Shown piece by piece: positions 51,937-60,584 of a stretch of DNA of 60,584 nt. The DNA is taken from contig JBEWZL010000201.1 of assembly GCA_045837725.1 (NCBI GenBank), positions 62,001 through 122,584 on the forward strand. Reading direction: 5' to 3'. The stretch is from Vermamoeba vermiformis (Eukaryota). Positions within the stretch are counted from its first letter, which is position 1. The number at the start of each line of letters is the position of its first letter. Both the position numbers and the translations under genes were made by a program. The notes beneath the pieces were generated by a model. It was given only the letters and a program-made list of their open reading frames with translations, was not told the origin of the DNA and searched no databases.

Positions 51937-52815
51937 TTAAAACGTGTTCAAGACGTACTCGACCCATTTAGTCTCCAAAATGCCTTCAATTTGCGCCAAC
52001 AAGAAGTTGTAAATATGAGGGTTATATTCAGTTTCTAATAAATAGAACGATTAATACTCCTATTTAGTAAATTCAAAATTAAACAAATAAAAATTAAATG
52101 GCAAGGAATTTCGATAAAAAATATTGGTAGCGGTAACATGCCGCTAGGAGCTTGATATTAGACTAGGGAGATTTGTTTTGCTGTTCAGATGCACGAAAAA
52201 GGAAAAGATGTCGGTTGAGTTTCAAATTTACCTTGTAGTTTTTCAAGCTTCAGGCGAACGTTTTCAATATCGGGAGTTTCAATATTAATAGCGGGACAGT
52301 CTGTAGAAATAGCAGGTGAGCAAAAACGGTGGCAAAGATCGGATTTTAAATTGATCGTATCGTTAAATACCTGGTGGGTCGAGGAACTCTTCGTAAATTT
52401 GTCGTTGCATAACAGCTAGGTTCTCATCTTGAGGATCTTCTTTCGCTAATTGCCTAATAGCGAACAAAGAATGGTTGATCGACCGTTATTTTCAAAAAAG
52501 GAATTGTCTGACTTACTTAAATTCTCTGACCATTTTATAAAAATATAAGTTCTCCTGGCAATACTGCTCCATTAGGTACTCTAAATTGTTGAGTATTAGC
52601 GATGAAAATCTTAGTTACCAGATTTGAGATTCATTTTGACGATTAATTAATTGGGTCAAAAATTGAATTAAAGACCTGGACTTACTCTCGAACTCTTCGA
52701 ATACTTCTGGGTTGCTCAATACGTCTTTAAAATCTGGGACTTGAACGCGAGAAAGACCGCCCTTTTTGGATGAGGCGGATGTAGCACCCGCTTGACTTCC
52801 ACCGCAACAACTCAT
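51937..52815 (-). CDS. Small RGS-domain protein with N-terminal MSCCGG lipidation motif, 5 exons
   Basis: FKDVLSNPEVFEEFE|KYLMEQYCQENLYFYKMVREFK|…QIYEEFLDP…AINI… is an RGS pattern; the last exon ends WVEYVLNTF*. Confidence 0.85.
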
Positions 52816-53245
52816 TGTAAGGTATGTTAATGCAATGTGCTTGAAGAGTTACAAAAAAGTTGGGTCCTGTTGTCTCGCGATGGAAATCTTGCAGATCTGT
52901 CTTTGCAAAAAAATTGAACGTTGTTGTTTGTGAATCAACTGCACATTAATTCGCCACGCGATGTTATGCGTTATTGTTTTGCAACCATGTACGTGATTGA
53001 AATGAGGAGAACCGCTAGCAGCTTTGGTTTCAGACCCTTGAGTTGAGATGGAGATCGCATCGCGTTCTATCCTTTAATTTAATGGCGCCATATGTCTTTA
53101 AAATTGCTGCTAATTGTCAGTTAATTCTTCCTTACCTCGAAAAAGGTACGAATAATGTTACACCTTATGTGCTCGCGTTTCTCGTTTATTTACCTGCAAC
53201 AATGAACTGGGCAACACACGTCAATACCTAAATTTATTTTATTTA

Positions 53246-55359
53246 ATGGCGTTAATATTAAGGTTATATGTGGCATTATTTGCCTTAATATTGTGTTGTT
53301 TGTGTCAAGCTGACTCGAATTATGATTGGACGAAGCATCTGGGCACAAAGACACCGTATTTCCCTCAACAAGATTACAAAAACCACTCTAAAATAGGCAC
53401 AGACAAAGGACAGTGTTCTGTTTTGTATTTGAACTACGTGGGCAGGTGGGTCAAAACCAGATCCGAAAATTCCAGTCGAATATTCATATAATTAATTAAA
53501 TTAATTTTCTAAAAGGCATGGCTCTCGTTTTCCGACAGTAGGAGATATTACAAAATTAGAGCAACTTCGAAGAGCATTACTTAGTCATCACGATCTGCTG
53601 AATAAAACCGATTATCTTTGGATGGTTAATTGGACGGATCCCTACAAATTTCAAACCGCTGGAAATTTAGATAAAAATGGTACGTATTTAATCACGTTAT
53701 TTTTCATATTCATCTAATATCTTAAATTCCACAGGCGAGTTAGAACAATACGGAATTGCGAAGCGTGTCCGCGAAGAATATAACATTTCAGTGCCGTGCT
53801 GCGACACCGTTTATCCCATCCAAACCACTCAGGTGCCGAGGTAAATATTTATTTTTATTTGAATTTTAATTTGATAGTTTCGTTTTGCTCACCACATCCA
53901 CGCAACAGAGCAGCACGTAGCGGTAACGCTTTTGGTTTTGGCTTATTCGAAGGCATGGGCACGCTCGGGCCCTCAGACTACAAGCCATTTTACACGTATT
54001 CGAGTTCCTTGTCGCTCGACACCACGCTGCGATTTTTCGACATTTGCCCGCAGTACCAAACAACGGTACGACGCACTCTCATCATATTATACACTATGAC
54101 CTCATTATTATTTACGCAGGTATTGGACAAGCAATGGGGCGAGAAGCAAGCTAAGCAGTACGAAGCATTATTTTTACCAGCAACCGCGTTACGGATCAGC
54201 AAGTTGATGGGTACGTCACGATGAATGATGAGCCCTACGCGATGATGAATCACTGACATATTATTGCTCTTGCAGGTGTCTACCCTCAATGGAACTTGAC
54301 GACAGATCTCGTGAATGCCATGTATACCGCGTGTGCCTTCGAATATGCACTCTCGAACGAGACAAGAAATTGGTCAGCATATGAACGATATCGTACTACC
54401 ACGCGGCGAATGGACTAATTGATTCAAGTGCAGGTGCTCATTATTCACGGATGAAGACTTTAAGAATTTCGAATACCGCGAAGATTTGAAGAATTGGTGG
54501 AACAAAGGTAATGACGAACACAAGCACTGGCCTCTAAAATATAAGCGACTAATTCCTGTGACAGCTTATGCATTCCTATTGTCGTTCGAAATCGCGTGTC
54601 CGTTGATGACAGACATCATTTTAACGTTCTCAGATAAGATCGAGAACGCACCCGAGTACGAAGTGCAGCAAGCCAAGTTCAGATTCGCGCACGCTGAGAC
54701 AATTATTCCGTTTATTTCCTTATTAGGCTTGTACACAGACTCGCAACCCTTGCAGTACAACAGCCCACCTAACTTCATTGCTTCGCGTAATTGGAACGCG
54801 AGTTGGATCTCGCCATTCGCTGCGAATGTGATGTTCGTGCTGTACGAGTGCGAGAAGAATGGAGACACGCGCTACTACGTCAAAACACTGCACAACGAGC
54901 GCGAATTGGTGGTGCCAGGCTGTGACGACGTCTATTGCGAGTGGAGCGCTTTCACCAAGTTGTTCTCAGGCTATTTCAACTGCGAGTTTGCTGCGTAAGA
55001 ATTTTAAGTCAGTTCTAATCGTAGTTGAATTTAATAGCTATTTTTAGTATGTGTTACGATGAAAATCCACAGCCAGTCACTATCGAAGCGCCTGTCAAAG
55101 AAAACCCTCCGACCTCCCCATCGGACAGGCCTCACGCCGCTGTTCCAAGTCATTGTAAGTGAAGCAAGTGTTTACTAGTTGAACAGTGTTAACACCATGA
55201 ACAGCGAGCCCACCTGAAGATTATCTGTCAGTCACAACTACAGCAGCCATTGCTATCAGTGCTTTTGTACTTGGATTTATTGTGGCAGGCATTGGTGCTG
55301 TGTTGTTTGTGCGACGAAAAATCTCATCACAACAGCAGTTTGAAACTTTGGTTGATTAA
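53246..55359 (+). CDS. MINPP1: Histidine acid phosphatase, MINPP1/phytase type, with C-terminal TM segment
   Basis: Signal peptide; HLGTKTPY, GR|HGSRFPT (RHGxRxP), LRFFDICP, FRFAHAETIIP and PFAANVMFVLYEC; last exon AIAISAFVLGFIVAGIGAVLFV followed by RRK. Confidence 0.92.
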
Positions 55360-55399
55360 ATACAATTTTGTCAATTTTACTGCTCACTAAATAAAATAG

Positions 55400-56500
55400 A
55401 ATCACTGATTCATAATTGCCAGAAGCTAGTGTCCCAAGGCTGTCTCCTATTTGACCCCATTCATTATCTTTTGAATTCATTTTTTGATGCTTGCCCTTGA
55501 ATGTGCTGGGGTTTGAAGGTGAGACAGTCAGGGTTGAGTACATACCAAACTGCCATCCACTAGTTTGAAAGTAGACTCACCATTCTTGACCTTCTGTTTG
55601 GGGTAAAGTCAGAGAAAGTGCAATAAATGCTTAGGATGGGATTGAATCAGTTTGAGTGGATCACAAAAGCTTGTTGTAGCAACACTAGCTTACCTTGAAC
55701 TCTGTGAAGACCTTGAAGAAGTACTGATGAAGTGGAAAATTTGCTCTGTAGGTCCAGATGCGTTTTATAGTCTACAACTTACCCATAGCCATTACAGATA
55801 GGTCCAAATCTCAGAATAAGCTACACCAAGTGGTCCATTGGACAATGTTTGCTGTCAGAATTGTAGCATTTGCACGCTAAATGGACACGTGTCAACGTCG
55901 CTTCCAGAAATTCTCAAGAATTCTCAAGAACAAATAACTGGTCAATTCTAATCTAGCAATATTCTCATAATAGTAATACATATAATGATATTCAGTTAGT
56001 TGTCATATTTGTCCTTTTATTTATATTTACAATTGCACAATAAACTGTATTTAACGGATCTGATCTCTTCTTTATTAAAAGACGTACAACAAAGGTACGC
56101 TTCAAGAATGGCATTAGAGAATTGTAATTGTTAAAGCATTTTAGATTATAAACTATAGTGTAACTTTGGTGCACAATCACAACAAGAGCTTTTCTTAGGT
56201 CACTGTTTGGTCTAAATCCAGTGTCAGCATGAGTTGGAGGATTTCAAGGTGGTCAGGACTACTCTTTTCCACTCAAAACCTTGAGTTTCATTCAATCAAT
56301 ACCTGCAGAACTTCTATTGCTTCCTGGGAAGAGGCATTCAGCCTACTTTACCAAACATTCTTAGCAATTGAATCAATCAATTAACCCTCTAGTCTCCAAG
56401 TTCAGTGTTGGCAAAGGATTCATATATGTAAAAGGGCTTGGCCATATAGGGCTAGCCCTGTAGAACCTGACAATAAATAGAGATTTGAGTAGGAATTATG
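55400..56500. pseudogene. CpG-depleted degenerate tract, probable decayed gene or element remnant
   Basis: Almost no CpG; minus-strand donor-like GTGAG/GTAAG at ~55580, ~55693 and ~55782, but no sustained ORF. Confidence 0.4.
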
Positions 56501-56508
56501 CTTGGTGA

Positions 56509-56573
56509 TTTTTTACTTAGGAAAATTTTTACTTAGGAAAGTTTTACTAAAGGAAATTTTTACTTAAGAAAAA
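56509..56573. repeat. Four degenerate copies of a ~16-bp unit TTTTTACTTAGGAAAA
   Basis: tttttacttaggaaaa / tttttacttaggaaag / ttttactaaaggaaa / tttttacttaagaaaa, read directly. Confidence 0.85.
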
Positions 56574-56642
56574 CGGACCCACCCGCGTAAGTTGGAGAAT
56601 TCAAAAAAACTAAGTCTCAGTGGACAGTCTTATGAAAAAACT

Positions 56643-56990
56643 AAGTCCTTAGGGGTCGTCTCCACGCGGAGACGATCTCAAGAAAAAACAAAGTCCTTAG
56701 GGGTCGTCTCCACGTGGAGACGATCTCGAGAAAAAACAAAGTCCTTAGGGGTCGTCTCCACGTGGAGACGATCTCGAGAAAAAACAAAGTCCAAAGGGGT
56801 CGTCTCCACGTGGAGACGATCTCAAGAAAAAACAAAGTCCTTAGAGGTCGTCTCCACGTGGAGATGATGTTGCAAAAAAACAAAGTCCATAGGGGTCGTC
56901 TCCACGTGGAGACGATGTTGCAAAAAAACAAAGTCCTTAGGGGTCGTCTCCACGCGGAGACGATCTCGCTAAAAAAACTAGTCCTTAGGG
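56643..56990. repeat. Tandem array of 7 full + 1 partial 48-bp units, each built on the palindrome TCGTCTCCACGTGGAGACGA
   Basis: Units start at 56643, 56691, 56739, 56787, 56835, 56883, 56931 and 56979 (period exactly 48); consensus AAGTCCTTAGGGGTCGTCTCCACGTGGAGACGATCTCGAGAAAAAACA. Confidence 0.97.
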
Positions 56991-57673
56991 ATCGGTCGTC
57001 TCATCCACCGAATTAACAAGTCAAACGGATCGCTACGGTGAAGGGCAATCTGCAGCAATAAAAGTTAATAAATTGGTATTGTCTTTATTAAATATAACGT
57101 ACTTACCAAATAAAGAGTGGGCGAGCACAACTTAAATCGCGGATCGGTTCTAAAATACAAGATTAGCATTAATAAATAAATCATAAAATAATTTAATCTA
57201 AATGTAAACTGCCTCTACTATGTAAATGATCGGAACGAATTTGAAAGCGGATTCAAAAATAAAAAATTAAAATTAAACTTACTATTAGCGCCCAGTAGTG
57301 TTGCTTTCGTTATTCGTGAATAAATAACACAAGCCGGCACGAACTTCTTGACCTGTCACGTCAAGTGATTCGTCACGTGATATGTCACGTGGGTTGTTCA
57401 CGAAAAACAGAAAACAAACTTTTTGTAATTTACACGGTGCTAAAAACAATAGCGTGTCACCACAAGTGGCGCGTTTTGTTAAATATAATTGCGATACGAA
57501 TCCAACAGATTCTATTGCAATTTAAAGTTTAGATCGTCGATCAAAAATCGACACATCTAAATTATCTGCTAAGCCTCCAAAAGAGGCTTAATTTTATATC
57601 TATAGATCGAATCATCGCCTATAAATTCCGTTGGTAAACGGAATATTACAAGACAAATTTAGATTCGATCAGA

Positions 57674-60232
57674 ATGGTAAATATTATTTTAAAATTTCAA
57701 CCTTAGTTTATTGACACAAATAATTAAAAACAAGTTTTTATATATCGTATTTTATTTTATTAGTATTTTTACAGTGCTAATGCTTTTTATAGAACAAGTC
57801 CAAGACATCGGCCTTGGATTCCATTAGAACTTACGTGACGTTCTTCGTCCTTGCTCGCAACCGTTTGGCACCAGGCGGAAGTACGGAAGCCTACGTCACC
57901 AAGCTGCACGACAGCCTTCAGTACTTTGGCGCGTTTGGCCGCAGAGCAGATTTCATCTTTTTCTACGTCATGTTTGATTTTCATGGAATGCTGCCCTCGC
58001 TCCCAGACCGCACTTCCGTCTATCCAACGTGGTACAAGACTTACCGCCAGACACTCGCCGACACACTTGGAATTGCTATTGGCGCAAATCCGGCATGGCA
58101 AGAATTTTCCGAGTTCATGCAAGGTTTTCCGGTGTTTCTGGAACTTGCTCAACGAGAAATCTGCATGTGGAATGTCACGAAGAATATCGCCAACAATGTC
58201 AAGGAAGAAAACGACCGAATTCACGAAGAACACGCAAAACTTTGGAGAGCGATGCGCTACAACCTGAAACACTGGTCGTCCCTCACTGCTTTGCGTGCGC
58301 TTCTGACGTTCATTGGCTCTGCTGAATGTCAGTATGGCGTGCCATTGTTCTCGTAGTACACGTCCTACGATACAAAGCCCACAAATGGTAAGTCAAATTC
58401 GGATTTATTTGTAACGGTCACTAATAGTTCGTAACTTAGGTGCTCAGAGTTCTACAACAACAACAACTGTACCCGATCAATTCAAATTTGTAGAGATTGG
58501 CTTTATTCCGGGCTGCACAGGAGTAGGCTACGAGTGGTTTCATCTGCCTGAGTTCAATTCACGCCCTGGTGTATTTGGACACTACAAGAGGAGAGGAGAA
58601 GAACTTCCGCCCACTAACACCAAGAAGAGGCGTATCGAAGCCGTCCCCGAAGCCGTCTCTGAACTAGAAATTGGAGGCAACAGTCCTACAGGGAGCGTTG
58701 ACTTGTTCTTACTCGAGTCAAACGACAACCCTGAGCCGTCTCAAAGCCCTGTACGCAGTCCAGACTTTAACAATGAAATGCCGGTGAGTAAAAACGTATA
58801 ATACACTTATAATCGTTAATTTTAATGATTCATTTTAGAGTTCGCCTTTCCGTCCTCCAACTCCGGATCCGATCATTGCTACAAATACTACTGCGGTTGT
58901 TACAAACCCTGCCAAGCATCCGATTGCCGAAGCAATACGAATCAGTAAGTCACAAACTGTCAAAATATTGCAACGGTAACTAATTTTTCTTCAGCTCCTA
59001 CTGCTAAGGTCCGCGTACCTCGCAGCACAGGACTTAACATTGTTGGTCCTACGGCTATATTTGAAGATATCCGTGGAGAGAGGCACAGCCGTCTAAAGGT
59101 GGAGGATTGCACGGTGAACCTCTCTGAATTTGGTACAATCAATTTGGTCGACCAGACCGTGTGTCGTGAGCTGTACCTGAAATGCATCAACTTGGCCCCA
59201 ACTGGAACGTCCATGACCGCAGCTGCTGTTAAATTGTAAGTACTTAGTATTATCTAAACCGAACTAATACCAAAATCAGCATACTTCGCCAGCGAGTGCT
59301 GTATTTCGAAGACGTAGATTCAGAGCTTGTGGCGAAGTTGTGTCCTGTGTCTTGCAAGTCTGTCCAAGCCCTGTACATCAAAGACATCTCGAAGCCATTG
59401 GTGACTTACGGTTTTGGCAACCATACGTGGCAGCAGTTAAAATTTCTTCACTTGACACTCTGGCCAGGACAGGCAGTTCAAGTCTTTCAAAAATTGGGCG
59501 AATCCGCTGGTCAAGTTCTCAACACCATCTTTACCGTGGCCCCTAATCTAATGGGAGTTCGATTGCCCATCGCAAATGAAGATTCGTCGCAAACGGCTTC
59601 CTGGGAGATCTCTCTGACAGGTGTCACTTTTCCTCCGGAATTTCTACTTTTGGAACTGGAATCACACTGCCCTGGAGTCTACATCGACTTGCGCTATTTG
59701 AATCAACTCCAGCTCCGTCATCTTTGCCTGGTTAATATCTTTGTCTCCCCGCTCGAGTTTCACGAACAGGTAGATCCTCGCTGCGTAGATCTTAAAGTTA
59801 CAGGCCCAAAATTATACATTGGTGGCCGTAACTTGATTAATACGCTTAGTATTATGCGAAACATACTGCAACATCGTCCGTAAGTCTTCCTCCGCAGTTT
59901 TGTTAAAGTCAACGCTAATTTATTTATGTAGGTTCCGCTTTCATCCTCGTGCTCTAGTTCCTCAGCTAATCTATCCCCCTGCATTGTTTTCCATCGAATG
60001 GAGTTCTCAAGTGGGTGCTCAAGTTCATGGGAAATACTACATGGTCAGCTCAGATTTTGAATTGGCCACGACCTACGGTCCCTACTTCTACCCTGCTATA
60101 CTACCGCCCGATAACAAGCTCACTGAGAGCCAGCGCCAAGAGATACCCATTCCCGACTCAGTAATCTCGGCTCAAGACGAGGAAACCATTGACGAAGTTT
60201 TGGCGGAACATTTTAGCAATTTTAGTTTGTAA
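57674..60232 (+). CDS. Orphan multi-exon gene (helical N-terminus, NLS/disordered middle, degenerate LRR-like C-terminus) with an in-frame TAG at 58354-58356
   Basis: ATG|intron 57677-57792; the exons after ~58440, ~58840, ~58995, ~59280 and ~59932 join in frame via GT-AG introns to TAA 60232; contains TKKRRIE and LxxLxL-like LRELYL/LKFLHL/LRHLCL segments. Confidence 0.65.
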
Positions 60233-60370
60233 AAGATACAAAAAAATAGAAAAAATCGTCGTTTTTGACCAATGCCGTGTAAGCCCGCTCTTTTTAAAGC
60301 TAACGCGATTTGAAAATAACTCGTTACTTACTAGAATACGAACCGTAACTCAACTCAACCCTAACAAAAC

Positions 60371-60584
60371 ATGGTAAGTCTTTTGAGAGAGCGATAGTAT
60401 CACACTAATTTAAATTCGTAGTCGTGCCTGGATTGTATGGCTGCTGTGCAAGACCTAATATCAACCGCCCCTCGTGCCCCCCGTACCAAGTCGCCAGTCC
60501 GTCACTTTGACAGCTCAAGTTTCTCCGTCCAATCCAAAACGTCAGCTGCAAAATCCAAGCCGCAAAAGAACAAGTCTAAGAAGT
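60371..60584 (+). CDS. 5' part of an orphan gene running off the window
   Basis: ATG|gtaagt intron 60374-60421, then open frame SCLDCMAAVQDLISTAPRAPRTKSPVRHFDSSSF…KNKSKK to the window end. Confidence 0.5.

Noticed and set aside
56643-56990. CRISPR array interpretation of the palindromic repeats
   Set aside because: The sequence between palindromes is nearly identical from unit to unit (no unique spacers), no cas genes are present, and the context is eukaryotic.
56592-57016. ORFs spanning the 48-bp array on both strands
   Set aside because: The unit length is a multiple of 3, so several frames stay open by construction; there are no ATG starts, splice signals or coding context.

Overview
This is compact, intron-rich eukaryotic DNA with short AT-rich GT-AG introns, CTAAC/CTGAC-type branch points and AATAAA signals. 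Gene content and architecture suggest a free-living protist, most plausibly an amoebozoan (inference). About 27 spliced genes can be reconstructed by hand. They include eIF3e, an F-box/beta-propeller protein, a GT15 mannosyltransferase, eIF4A, an ankyrin-pseudokinase-U-box protein, DUF1772, a KCTD-type BTB protein, a PILS-like transporter, an F-box-SNF2 ATPase and a PHD + HTH regulator. Further along are DJ-1/PfpI, a ~975-aa bacterial-looking surface protein, a CH/CPI/SAH/LFa scaffold, an atypical G-alpha, two P450s (one a sterol C22-desaturase), DUF1748, DOMON-cytochrome b561, two paralogous surface proteins, tafazzin, an RGS protein and a MINPP1-type phosphatase. The right end (from ~55.3 kb) is anomalous: a nearly CpG-free decayed tract, a 16-bp repeat, a 7+ copy 48-bp array built on a perfect 20-bp palindrome, an E-box cluster and two orphan genes whose first coding exon is only the ATG. 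This could be the edge of a large mobile or viral element or a specialised chromosomal site. Several single-base frameshifts in otherwise intact genes look like consensus errors. No tRNA, rRNA or CRISPR array is supportable. All exon structures and family calls come from manual translation and motif recognition; no searches were run.
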